Of a DNA stretch of 64,000 nt, positions 19,441 to 30,974 are shown piece by piece (positions within the stretch are counted from its first letter, which is position 1; each line of letters begins with the position of its first letter). The translations under genes and the position numbers were made by a program. Below the pieces are notes generated by a model that was not told the DNA's origin, searched no databases, and saw only the letters and a list, made by a program, of their open reading frames with translations. The stretch is from Schizochytrium sp. TIO01. Its lineage: Eukaryota; Protista; Bigyra: Labyrinthulomycetes. The stretch spans positions 1,588,747 through 1,652,746 of the forward strand of contig SMSO01000037.1 of assembly GCA_004764695.1 (NCBI GenBank). Reading direction: 5' to 3'.

Positions 19441-22400
19441 CTAAAAGTCTATCGCAGGCTCGTGCTTTTGCTTCGCGCTTAATTGATGAGGGCGATTAGG
19501 GTTCTTTGCATGCGACATGTTGTAACATCTTCTGCAATAAAAGTCAACAAGTCCACACTCAATGCAGAATTTGCTTGCAATCTCTTTTTTACACATAACA
19601 CACATTTCGGGTGAGTCTTTGACAAGGCGAGCGTACGGTTTCCGCACGATTGTATGATCCACAGGTCGTGGATGAGCTGCTTCAAAGCAGTCAAGACAAA
19701 AGTGTTTTGCGCATGTGTCACAACGGATTATTGCCAGCTGCAAATTGCAGGTCAAACATTGCAAAAAACCCGGAGGTTTGGTTGAACTACTGGTCCAAGG
19801 TGTTACATTATTCTGATAGCTCCATTGACCGTCTGCATCGCAACGTACAACCCACTCAGGTACCCGTAAATCTTTGCGAGGTCCTAAGTTAAGCGGTTTT
19901 GTCCATGAAGATTTCCGAGATTGAGTATTATAGTAATACATTTTCCCGGTGTAAGGATCAACACGCTTCATATATACTGACTTGATAAGCTCATGAACAG
20001 CCATTCGAGCCTTTCGTACCCGCCATGCTGCCTGCACTTTCCGACCAGCCCAGATCAGGCGCTTTTTATCAATTTCTTGCTGTTTGAGGCGCTCGACTTC
20101 GTCTTTTGCAACCTGAACCATTGAAGCTACATAGTTGGTTCGCGCAATACTCATAGCTTCCTTCATTGATAGAGAAGATGCTGTTACCTTTTCTCCGGTC
20201 TCAGGATTGTAAAAAAAGTATGTTTGAAAGACTGGATCAAACATTTTTTTCCACTCTGCTCCCTCTTCGTTAGCGGTGTCTTCTGTACCATCTTTTCTTG
20301 CCAGTCGATCAGCATCATTTTGAATTTTTTCAGCTTCACGCTCAAGTTGTTCTTTTCCATCCCTTGTTCTAGCGAAAGTTTCAGCTTCTCTTTTCGCATC
20401 TTGAATTGCTTTTTCCATAACGGTGGCAAATGCATCTTCAATATCTTTCTCCTCACGAGCAAGAATATCTGCTTTATAGTTTGCCCGGTTCTCCTCTTGA
20501 CGACGCAATATTGTGCGACGTTCATAGCCAGCAAAGGCTCTTTCGCGCTCCCGCTCCCATCGCATTTCTTCTTCTAGGGCTGCTTGACGCTCTTGCTCTA
20601 ACGCGTCTTGCAGTGCTTGTTCTTCCTCAGCCTCCCGTCTGCGAGCCTCGGCAATTTGGTGATCAACCTCCTCAAGTTCTTTGGACAGAATTTGTTGGCG
20701 CATCAGTGATCTTTCCTCCTCAAATTTCCTTTTGTCAACGATCGTGCGAACATTGTCCCTCCATGTTTCGTATACACGTCGTTCGAGGCGTCTGTGCCAA
20801 ATCGTTCGCAGACGTCTAAACTGCCGCCGCAAGTGTGCTTCTCGACGCCAGCCGTGCAATATACGTTCCAGTTGCCATGTTGAATACAAGCGCTTTGCTT
20901 TGCGAACTTGAACTATTTGAAACCTCTTTTCGCGTTCATGAGCCTCTTTCCATAGGTGCATAGATTGAGTAAACAATACCCGAGCGGCAAATCGGTCAGC
21001 CATAGAGTTTCGCCATCGATCAAACTTCTTCCGCTCAGCGAACAACTCTAAAGACCGCAACCCAATCTGCTTTCGTCGAAACATATAAAAAGCCGCGCCT
21101 TGCTTAAGTCTTATTCGTGAAATTGCAACAGCTTTCCACCTGTCAAAGCGCATCTGCAAAGTGTTTGGCCGGACGACCCGATTCCAAAAATTACGAGCCT
21201 CCATCCAGCGAATCTTTAAATTGATTTTCTCAAAAGAGTCGTGCGTTTCCTCAACGCGCTCCGCCCGAACCCGAACTCTAATTTCAGGAGACAAACGATC
21301 CCAAGCGAGTTTGCTGAGAAGTGTTTGTAGTGTTCGGTGTTCGTAGTTGGCAACAATATTTCGAACCACATCGTCTTCCGTGAGTTCTACTTGTACCGCA
21401 GCTCTTATCCATCGAGTTTCCTCTTGGCTGGGGCCTGTGTGAAATGAAAGCATCAAGCCATGCCCCCCGCCATGTACTTTATCATCGAGTGGGTCTTCCT
21501 TAAAGTCCCTGTACCTTCGCACCTGGGCCACTCGAAGAAAATCCAGAAGACGACACGCGTCTGTTTCGTCAGACACAATTACACCGTGCGTTTGTGGTGA
21601 CAAGGTGCAAAATAATGGCCATGCCTGACTTGCTAGAAACTCTCGCTGGTGTGGAAGAGCAAAAGTACAGAGCATTGCCCAAAGCCTATCCAACGTAAGC
21701 AGTTGTCGATGGTCTGTAAGACAACGAAACATTGCGCTTAATCGTTCTCGCAGTGACCGTCTGGGCAAATACACCACTTCTAAATGGCACAAGAACTCCC
21801 TCCAATCAACCAAGGTATCTGCATCTTCGTCCATAGCCAAAAAACAAAGTTCTAACGCTTCCATCACTTGTTGACGCTGCTCCCGGTCGAGCGCAAAATT
21901 ATCCACGTATGCATTTCTCAAAGATGCCGAGTTGACGTGATATCTCGGCATAGCCTTGGAGAACGCTACATCTAGAGGCGGGGCGAACCGATGTTCAGGC
22001 GAGGAGCGCAAGTTGTGTAGAAATTGAAGCGCCTGCCACTTTCTGTGGCTAGCATCTCGCCACGCTGCACGACGAGCAGCTGTGCGCTGGTAACGACGGT
22101 CACGTAGAAATGATGCATAGCCCCTTGACTCATTTTGTCGATGGTAGTCTCTTCTCAGGGATCCAAGGAGCTTACTTTGGTAGACCTGGTAAGAGTGAGC
22201 TGCGTTTTTTACTCTATGCTGTGCGGCAAAAGCTCCCTCACTCTCATGTATATGTCCGTCATGGAGTTGTGGTGCCCTCTGCCGCTTACAATTCTTATCT
22301 ACAAGTATTGGGAGGCCAGTAAACCCTGATAGTCGCTCCTCGAATTGATTTGATGCTATTGCTTCGGGAAAGTCGCGTCCAATAGGTACTAGATGTGTTT

Positions 22401-22560
22401 TTTTTAGCACCAAGTACGAAGACTTCTCTGAAGCAGAACATGTTGCTCTGCTCGGGTTGGCGTCCATAGTCGGCACTGAAAGCTTCTTTGCCATATTTGA
22501 GCTCGAGGGCAACGCCTTCCAGGGCGGTTGTGGGAGGATTTTATCCAACTCATCGGGCAT
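19441..22560 (-). CDS. 1039-aa EF-hand / Sfi1-like repeat / coiled-coil / WW / IQ / tandem B-box protein
   Basis: EF-hand-like DEDADTLVDWREF; Trp-periodic helical repeats; long coiled coil; WW-like WKKMFDPVFQTYFFYNPETG and KRVDPYTGKMYYYNTQSRKSSWTKP; IQ motif VQAAWRVRKAR; two B-box-like motifs CLTC..CDTC..CLDC..H and CVMC..CIEC..CRRC..H. Confidence 0.85.
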   Translation of the reverse strand: MPDELDKILPQPPWKALPSSSNMAKKLSVPTMDANPSRATCSASEKSSYLVLKKTHLVPIGRDFPEAIASNQFEERLSGFTGLPILVDKNCKRQRAPQLHDGHIHESEGAFAAQHRVKNAAHSYQVYQSKLLGSLRRDYHRQNESRGYASFLRDRRYQRTAARRAAWRDASHRKWQALQFLHNLRSSPEHRFAPPLDVAFSKAMPRYHVNSASLRNAYVDNFALDREQRQQVMEALELCFLAMDEDADTLVDWREFLCHLEVVYLPRRSLRERLSAMFRCLTDHRQLLTLDRLWAMLCTFALPHQREFLASQAWPLFCTLSPQTHGVIVSDETDACRLLDFLRVAQVRRYRDFKEDPLDDKVHGGGHGLMLSFHTGPSQEETRWIRAAVQVELTEDDVVRNIVANYEHRTLQTLLSKLAWDRLSPEIRVRVRAERVEETHDSFEKINLKIRWMEARNFWNRVVRPNTLQMRFDRWKAVAISRIRLKQGAAFYMFRRKQIGLRSLELFAERKKFDRWRNSMADRFAARVLFTQSMHLWKEAHEREKRFQIVQVRKAKRLYSTWQLERILHGWRREAHLRRQFRRLRTIWHRRLERRVYETWRDNVRTIVDKRKFEEERSLMRQQILSKELEEVDHQIAEARRREAEEEQALQDALEQERQAALEEEMRWERERERAFAGYERRTILRRQEENRANYKADILAREEKDIEDAFATVMEKAIQDAKREAETFARTRDGKEQLEREAEKIQNDADRLARKDGTEDTANEEGAEWKKMFDPVFQTYFFYNPETGEKVTASSLSMKEAMSIARTNYVASMVQVAKDEVERLKQQEIDKKRLIWAGRKVQAAWRVRKARMAVHELIKSVYMKRVDPYTGKMYYYNTQSRKSSWTKPLNLGPRKDLRVPEWVVRCDADGQWSYQNNVTPWTSSSTKPPGFLQCLTCNLQLAIIRCDTCAKHFCLDCFEAAHPRPVDHTIVRKPYARLVKDSPEMCVMCKKEIASKFCIECGLVDFYCRRCYNMSHAKNPNRPHQLSAKQKHEPAIDF

Positions 22561-23470
22561 GGGTTTGGCTCGTCTGGGCTTTCTTAAATTTGCAAAACTC
22601 TAACTCATTTTGAAGGGGTTTGTCCCGATATCTCCATATATACTTTTTAACGGAAAGAATTAGATCAATCAGTAATACTGGGAGCATTGGTTAGTGAACC
22701 ATAGCCAGCTACTATGATAGGTATAGTAGTCAAGAATGACTCCTTGTATATTATTATTATTTATATTTTTTTATCTCAAGGGGTTGGATTCTACGATAAA
22801 TTTGAAGACGACCCGTCATCAACGATAATTGAAGATTCACTTTGAGTTCGACCTTGAAGTTGTCAAGCTCTCCCCACAATTCCTTAAACAAAACCAAGTT
22901 TGACACCCTACTTTCTTCAAGCCAATAAATTCCAAACATGATGGAGGGATGAGGAACAGCAACAAGGTGAATTTGATCAGGGAGCCTGAAGAAAGGCACT
23001 TCTGTATTGAAATTCTAGGAGATTATTCTCATATATTATTTTTATTTGGCTACGTAACGATTTTCAATTTACCAAGAAACCAAGGGAATTTTCGTGAAAA
23101 AGGAAGACAAAGTTTTGATGCGTTGTTTACGTAGGTATGAGAGTTATCAACATATCCTGATACGATATCAATCCGTTTGGGGATATGCAAAACAGGACAG
23201 AAAACAGTGAAGAAAGCGCCTTTGTTCGTTTGAATATCATATGAAAAAGCTAGCCTTCATACCTCATAGCTATTGAGAAAGGTAGTTATCGATCCTGCGT
23301 CACAAACCTCTTGATAAAGGAATCGACTCAGATGGAAGGGAAGACATGTAGATTGGTGTATTCTGAGAATTCACTATAGAATTCAGAAGTCGCGTTGCAG
23401 TGTAAGATTCAATTCAGCGGGAATCTTATTGAAGACGGGAAGATAGGAGACTTGCCTATTTTCGCCAGAT

Positions 23471-25669
23471 TTACACGCGAATCGTTGCGCCCTCAAACAA
23501 GTAGAGCAGGAAGATGGATGTGAGGGCGACCATCAGAACAGCGCCCAAGAGAAATGGGCCAACCTCATCGTGGAACTCTCCCTGGCGAGCGTGAAGGTTG
23601 CGTCCACGCCAGTAGTACGTAGCCAGGGCATAACCAATGAAAATAATAGCAACAGGCAGCAGCAGCATACCAACAATCCGTGCGCCTTCATGACCCATGG
23701 AAGTGGGGTCATCGCCGGGGGCCTCGCCACCACCAAAACCAAGCAAAGCAGCACTAATGGAGCCCATAGTAATAGCCATCGAAAGCCAGTTAAGAAGGGT
23801 GCGCTCGTTGGCAAAGAAGACCTTGGGTTCAATCTTGGTGGGCACCTTGCGTGGCTTAGACAGAGTCTCTGTCTTAGAGGAACGAAAGCAAGGGCCGCAA
23901 ATCCAAGAGAAAAATCCAGTAGGACGGTGGACAAAGACAAACTCCTCGGAGGCATCATCGCCATTCAAAGGATGGGACTCAGACGGGTTGAGAGTTCCAT
24001 AACCCGCAGCCTTGTGCTTAGCACCAACCACAGAGTCTTTACGCTCCATGAGCTGAATAGTTTCCGCAGGACCGAAGGCAAAGGGGTATTTCTTTCGATC
24101 GTTCTTGCCATTAGATGCCTCTCCAAGGAGACTACGGCGCTTTTGCACAGGTTGCGAGCGAAGCATGGAGGGACGGATTGATTCATCATCCACCCAGTAC
24201 GGTACAGCTTGGACATCCTCAGAGAGAAGAGTGGCTACACCATGTACAAACTTGGAAAACTTCGCAACGCGGGTGCAAAGCCCAGACTCAAGAAGGTCAG
24301 TGACCCATGCAGGTGCTTCTTCGCCCTCCTTGAGAGAAAGCTTCACCTCCAGAACAGCGTGCGGGAACTGAGTGTACTCAGTGGGCGGGAGTACGAGAGA
24401 GGGGTTGCGGTACCAACGCTTTTCCGTAGCGCAGTCCGGGCCAACCTTGGGGTTTTCAGTAATCATGGCAAGGTTGGTATCCAAGGAGATGCGCACGGTG
24501 GGGTCAAAAGGAATCTGGTAGGCCACACGGTTGTAGACAGTGCGCATGGTAGGGCGCAGCTGCTTGGAGTCGATTTGCTGGTAAATTTCGGTAAAGAGAC
24601 GACGGACGTTCTCCATGTCAGCCTCAGAGGAGTTCTTGGCACGCATCTGGGCCAGCTTGTCCTCCACGGTGAACTCTCCGCGAAGAAAAGGCATAACTTC
24701 GTGCTCCTTGAGGGTGAAACGCTCCTTCACAGAAACATCACCGGTCCAGGAGTCACGATGCGTCTTGCGCTCAACAAAGACCAATTCAGGCTCTTGGGTA
24801 GCATACCAGCGGAAGCGGATTGCAATGGCGTTTGGCGTTTTGTCAAGGCGGCCGTGGTAGAGCTCCAGCTGAGTGTTGTCAAAGTACACCGAGGAGCAGA
24901 ACTGAGAGTCGCCTTGCAAGGCGTCAAGGTTATGCTGAAAGACCGGCAAGTGCTGCAGCACAATGTGCTTAACCTTAGAGATATCCTCGGTACGCACCCA
25001 GTATTTGGTGGTACTACGGACAAAGTTTTGCGCAGTGGTACCTTCATTCTTACCTGAACGGTCACCACGAAGACGGGCATGAATCTGACTCAGGTAAACA
25101 AACACCTTACTGTAATCATGGCGCACCCAGCGCTGGCTATGCAAGCGCATGATGTAGAAGCGGCGGCACGGTGTGGGTAGCTGCTTATCGTGCTTCTTCA
25201 GAATCTTGTGGAAGCCGAGGTAATTGAGGTTGGCAAACTTTTCAATGCGAAGAAAGTCATCTCCAAGCTTGGTGGCCTCCTCAAGGCATTTTTTGCGGTC
25301 CTCCTCGCTAAGCTTGGAGATATCAATATCAACGCCAACACGGGCTTCAAGAGCGTCTGTCTTCTTCTTGATAGATTGTAGCTCTCCATGAGTGAAGTCA
25401 TCAATCTTTTTCATCTCGGCCTCGAGAAATGTAAAGAAGTCAGCCTCGGTGATGTCTTGACCCTCGAACTTGCCATAGATCCCCTGGTTGGGAACCGTAC
25501 TAAGCGAGGTAACACGCTCACCGTAGCCACTCTTTCCGATATCAACGTCCAGGCCAGTAGACTCCACAGCAGCCAAAGCCTTGATCATGGCTTTGAGCCG
25601 CTTGTAGTCAACATAATATGACTCCCATCCTTCAACGCGCTGCGCCTCGAGGTACTGTCCGAACTTCAT
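23471..25669 (-). CDS. VTC4: Vacuolar transporter chaperone 4 / polyphosphate polymerase (SPX + VTC + DUF202), 732 aa
   Basis: SPX domain (MKFGQYL, YVDYKRLK, NYLGFHKILKKHDK). VTC catalytic domain (FVRSTTKYWV, SVYFDN, AIRFRWY, FVERKTH, KERF, RISLDTNL, FPHAVLEVKL, KFSKFVHG). IEPKVFFANERTLLNWL followed by three TM helices. Confidence 0.95.
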   Translation of the reverse strand: MKFGQYLEAQRVEGWESYYVDYKRLKAMIKALAAVESTGLDVDIGKSGYGERVTSLSTVPNQGIYGKFEGQDITEADFFTFLEAEMKKIDDFTHGELQSIKKKTDALEARVGVDIDISKLSEEDRKKCLEEATKLGDDFLRIEKFANLNYLGFHKILKKHDKQLPTPCRRFYIMRLHSQRWVRHDYSKVFVYLSQIHARLRGDRSGKNEGTTAQNFVRSTTKYWVRTEDISKVKHIVLQHLPVFQHNLDALQGDSQFCSSVYFDNTQLELYHGRLDKTPNAIAIRFRWYATQEPELVFVERKTHRDSWTGDVSVKERFTLKEHEVMPFLRGEFTVEDKLAQMRAKNSSEADMENVRRLFTEIYQQIDSKQLRPTMRTVYNRVAYQIPFDPTVRISLDTNLAMITENPKVGPDCATEKRWYRNPSLVLPPTEYTQFPHAVLEVKLSLKEGEEAPAWVTDLLESGLCTRVAKFSKFVHGVATLLSEDVQAVPYWVDDESIRPSMLRSQPVQKRRSLLGEASNGKNDRKKYPFAFGPAETIQLMERKDSVVGAKHKAAGYGTLNPSESHPLNGDDASEEFVFVHRPTGFFSWICGPCFRSSKTETLSKPRKVPTKIEPKVFFANERTLLNWLSMAITMGSISAALLGFGGGEAPGDDPTSMGHEGARIVGMLLLPVAIIFIGYALATYYWRGRNLHARQGEFHDEVGPFLLGAVLMVALTSIFLLYLFEGATIRV

Positions 25670-28521
25670 CGTGCTAAGGACTCTGCCCTATCCACCACGC
25701 TTCACCTGACGGTGGCCTTTATGTCTTGTGCTGCTCTACCTTGCAGCCGCGTGCTCGTCCGGAAGACAAGCGACAACAAGGATCTGCTTTTGCCTTTTGT
25801 CGCTTCAAGTTGTCTCTTTATTTTTTTGATATCTACTCTTTTCTATCAAAAATGCTTATGACTCGAAAGGATTTTTATTCCATTTGAATTTTTTTAAATG
25901 TTTAAGATAAGAGAGATGTAATCACTTCATCTTGAAAGCTGTAAAAAAACACTACACTATTAGGTAGGATAGAATAGATAGGTACATATTACTGTATGCT
26001 ATATATTTTTGTCTGCCTTAGTTTTAATTAAACAAATAAGTAGAAGGAAAGAAAAAGGTAGTGGTGGGCATCTATGTAAATATTTTAATGAAAGTTTTTT
26101 TAAAGCTCGTTGCTACTGGTTGATTACATACTTGATTAAGTACATTATTTGAGCCTCTACCAATCGCTCCTACCAGGCTTTAATTTTATAAAATCGATAA
26201 AACTTTTAATAATTAAAATAATAAGACCCGGTCATAATATTAATTGCCTTGTTACTAGCATAATTGGTATAAACCTCATTCGGGCGGCTTTATTCCTTTC
26301 AGATGCTTATTCATCGATTTCTGTTTTTTTACGCACAATCAATAAGTGTCAGACTGTGTTTGATCCCCCACTTTGATCTACGAATCATGTTTTGTGTATC
26401 CCCAAGCCCGCGCATCACAATTCTCTAACAATGGCAAGGCATCAGCCATTCTAGATGGGTATCTTCGCATACTATATTCTACATCAGTCAGCTCCTTACG
26501 TTGATTCTTTTAATTAAACAGAAAATATTTATCATTTCGTCAGAACACTCGCAATCCTACTACCTTTGAAAACTAAGTGGGTGATTCAAACCCATGCTTG
26601 TTAGAAAGGGGGGGGGGCTATGAAAGAAACTATTGAATAGCTCCCTCCATGATAGAAATATAGTCCTTCTCCTTGCAATATTCAATTGATTCTCTTTTTC
26701 CATGTGCATTCATCTCTGAGCAAATCGAAATGATTCATAGCTGTTGATCAATCCATTGATCAGGGAATCGATCAGTGAGTCAGTCTGAATGCATGAAAAT
26801 GAATGAATCATAGATACAGGAGGTTTCCTTTGTACTTGTTAAAAGAATGTTTTGATCCTCGATTCGCCCCAGAGAAAAAGCCTCCTCAAGTTCGAGTAAT
26901 AATATACCTATGTTGTTGTCTTCGAGTTGAAAAATAATAATAAACCTTTAAAAACGATAATAATAATAAGAACAAATGTTCTTAAAGCCAAAAACTAACC
27001 CTAATAAAAAAGAATAGGTATAAGCCGATTTTTTTATTTTTATTTTTAAATTTAAAAATTAACTTTGAATGAATTACAATGCTATACTATAGATACTAAC
27101 TGGGTTTTTATCAACTGTTTCGTACATCTTGATAGAGCTGCTGCCCGTACTTAAGGCCTCGATTTTCTGAATCAGTCAAAACGTTTTGACGTCCAAAGGT
27201 TTCCCACGAAGAGCACGATATAGAGTCTAGGAGACTTGAGGTAACCATCAAAGTTAAGAGTCACAATGGCTAAAGCAACTGACGCAAACTTTCTTGCATT
27301 TGATCGTTTAAGAATGAGAATGCCGTGACTGATTGATGATGAACGATGCCTTTTTTCTCCACTTCGAGTTCACCCTCCTCACCATATTCAAGATTATCTT
27401 ATTTCTTCGTTCTGAGATGATTTTTTTAAAATAAATATTTTAATTAAAGTAAATATATGTATATATAGGCCTATACATTGAAGCCATGGTAGCCAAAAAT
27501 ACTATTTGAGCTTAGCTGCAGCCCTGCAATTACGACTAATGATAAATGTATTTATAGTGGTATGTTATTTCATATGATGTTGGCAAAACCATAAAAATTG
27601 TTGCTAGTCATTATAAAATGCCAATGAATTCCTCGTTGGGGTTTTAAGTCCTAAGCATAGTTGTGGACAATAAGTTGGCAATGATTTAGTTTTAGAGTAT
27701 TTCTATAATATTCAAGCAGCACAGGTAAAACGAGATCCCTTGAAATAGTTGGTCAGGGTGACCTTGTTCAAGACTCTTCAAGATTATCAAATTTTGTCTT
27801 TAAACAAGATTTTTTTTAAAATAGGGAAGGTTGCAGCAACCTTAGTACTCCGACTCGAGCTTCTTTTGAAAAGCATGTGTACTAGGCCTAGTCTCCAAAT
27901 GAAAGAAATACAGACCATGTAAGCAAAAAAGGTCGTTTCTCGTTCATCTTGAATAGCTTCCCCCATATCCATGAGTAAACAAAGCTTCTCGGTTCAAACA
28001 GTCATGACATGATCCATATCTTTTTTCTGAGTTTCGATACAAGTGTCTCCCATTTTTCTTTTTCATAGACAGATCATCACAATCACACCCAAAGACCCCA
28101 AAACAATCGAAAAACCACGACTCTAAGATTAAACACCCTGTGGTCTGTGTGGCTTACGCAACAAATTCCCCTCCATTGTAAAGTTGCACACCTCAACTTC
28201 AATTGCTTGCCATGGCTTAGCTTAGAGGACAGCCGACGCTGTTTCCAATTAGAACAACTAGAATAACGATCAATGTCTACTCTACATTTTGCCATGCTTT
28301 TATCTGCAATTATATATATACATTTGAGAGATAGGCATACGTTTTTACTTGAGTTATTACTCAAGTGAAATGTCTAATTTTAGATTTTTAAAATTAAAAG
28401 GCTGGCTCGTGAGGGAGTACTACAGGCCACATCCCTCTGCACTTTCTATCAAATTGCAAGAAATAAAAATGTGAAGATTTACTAGTACCTGCCTAGTAAT
28501 TAAGTATTAAATAAATTTATT

Positions 28522-28543
28522 AAAAAAAAAAAAAAAAAAAAAA
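28522..28543. repeat. Poly(A) tract (~22 nt)
   Basis: Read directly. Confidence 0.85.
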
Positions 28544-30875
28544 CTGAAATGATGGTTGGCGAGGGAGAAGTGACCTTTAAAAAAAGGAAGATGAGAAATT
28601 CTGATGCACTGAAAGTGAAGAGGGACTAGATTCGATTTCCATTTGATTGTGAATAGTATGGACGATGAACTGCATATGCAATTTGTGGTATCGTGGAACC
28701 TGGGACCTAGTCAGAGCTAGCTAGCATGCAGAAAAGCTCAGGCAAGGACTCAGAGAGAGAGAGAAACTTGAGCTACTTGAACGCGAAAGCTGCGATTGCA
28801 GATAGCCATTGTGCCCAAGCCCTTAGGTTCGGAGCCAGCACCTTTGCAATATCATATTGTGCGATGACGAAACCAAAACAACAACTGCTCCTAGTAAGGA
28901 GCGCGTGGTCGCAAGCATTGAATCTTCTCCGCAGGAATTTGTTGGCCATCCACGGCAGTCCAATGACAAGTTGTCAGCCTACGCTCAGCTCTTTCCGAAG
29001 CTGGGGGCATCAAGAATTGACTGAGCGCGAGAGAGGAGCATTGCTGATTTGACTGACGGTGGCTTATAGAATGTTGGCAGTGGAAACCTTGACACCACGA
29101 ACACCTGGAAATTAAGAAGCACTTGGCAGACGCGACTAGATTCCATGGTACCTTGGAAGCTAGCTTTTACAGGGCAATCAGTGGCATAGAAACGCGGAGG
29201 GCCCTTTGGTGTGAATAGATCAGTGCCGAATCGCAATCGCCGAAAAGGACATGGAGGCCGCGGCACCGCATCGCTGCCAGAGAACGCCACTCAACACTAC
29301 CTAAACTATTGGGAACCTCTGGAGAACTTCAGCCACAAAGAAATGAGTGAAGGAGACCGACCACTGAAGCGCCTGGTGTCCTCATGAAAGAAAAAAGAAG
29401 ATTACAGTGCTCAAGAATACTGCTAAAAGGACGCAACCCTTCGATGTCATTCTAACTCTCACTACTTGGATGTATATGTATATATATATATGTATGAAAA
29501 TTAAAGATTTGAATGAGACCATGGTGCCACAGGAATTATGAGCATGGAAAGAATTAGGAGGGGGAAAGGTATGGGAACTTTTTCCTTTTGCTTGAGCCTC
29601 CTTCCTTGTAAGAGCATGCCCACAGAGACCAGCGAGAAAAAACAAAACATATATTCACTCCTGTTTATTAGCAGAAAGAACTTGCGAAATGCCAGGAAAT
29701 TAGATGATTAGAGCCATACTAGTAAGTTTCTGCTTTTGGCTAACTATATAGGTAAGTAGACATCGTCGTATTCGGCGAAACCATGGTTGCCTTCACTTTT
29801 CCCCTTTTCGCTCCTCCCCTCGCGAATGCGAGTAATTTTGTTTGAGGATATCTTGTTCAGAAATTTAGGGAAGGCGAGACTTGAGTTTCTCAGTCAGGTA
29901 AAGCGTTTGTTATTTATGCCCCCTGCATGAGCTAGCTGATTTTACTTTCTCTTTGCCAAAATCACCCTCTGTAAAATTTAAACTTTTAATCTGAGGACCA
30001 CAGATTTATTGCTGATACGCTGTTAGTTTTGACTTCTCCACATATGCAATATGGGTAAATTCTTGAGTCAAACGATTGATGGGTATAGTCTCTAACTAGC
30101 GAGAGTGTCACATATATGACGAGACTCATATATGTAAGTGGGTATGGTTATGGTGTTATCATATTTTTCGTTGTAGAGCTATTATGGAGCAAGAGCAGAA
30201 GCTAGAAATCAATTGAAATCGCCAGTAAAACCTAGACGCTATGTTGATTTCCACCAAAATAAGAATAAATAGCAGGGAGAGTGGTACTTCAATCTGAGAT
30301 ATGTATAATGCATAATTCTTCTGCTAATTCAGACTACCTGCATCATATTTGAACTTGTACTTGTTTTGAGAAAAAATATTGAAAGATGCATTGTCTGCTT
30401 CTCCAGATTTAACCGCAATAGTATGTTAGGTTAGGCAATTAATGTTCCTTCCTACACAAGACGGGTGATCTGGACTCAACAATGTAAGACTTAATATCAC
30501 AAATAAATTAATCCCATCAATATCAATGTGCTGCCACTCTTATCTGTCTATTGCTTAACGGAAGCAACCGTTTCTGAGCTTCTCAACAAAAATCTTAATT
30601 TACGCCTTGTCCCTTGCTATTTCTTGCAACTGCCTTATATTTTAAGAGCAAGCAGAGTATAGGAGATTTAGCCAGCTCTGTACCTGATAATCATTTGAGA
30701 GCCATTTACCATTCAGCGAAAAACGATAACGCTTCATGGGCAGGAAAAATCAAGACATAGTCCATTGGCATGCTGACAGAGTCGGTCGTGACCATTTATT
30801 AGGTAACTAATCAACTTAAAGATAAATAGATAGGCACGTATGTATAGTACTCTACGAACTAAAAGGTAGGTAGTA

Positions 30876-30885
30876 CAGTATATAA
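30876..30885 (+). promoter_or_regulatory. Candidate TATA-like element CAGTATATAA upstream of the TFIIA-gamma-like gene
   Basis: TATATAAAT about 90 nt before the ATG at 30975, preceded by AGGTAGGTAG. Confidence 0.35.
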
Positions 30886-30974
30886 ATGCTGCAGATACAA
30901 TATTCTATCAAGCTATCACTTCTGCAAGCGCAGCTTTACTTGCAGAGCAAACTCGCAAGCAAACTCGCCTTGCA

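Noticed and set aside
23570-25057. Long antisense ORFs (203 aa and 282 aa) opposite VTC4, with similar ones opposite CPSF2 (34162-34812) and PGM2 (62815-63417)
   Set aside because: They lie within or largely overlap well-supported genes with biased, GC-rich codon use, which depletes antisense stops. The translations show no protein-family motifs.
26570-26605. Minus-strand gggtttgaatcaccc resembling a tRNA T-arm
   Set aside because: No GTTCGA consensus, and no acceptor stem, D-arm or anticodon arm could be built.
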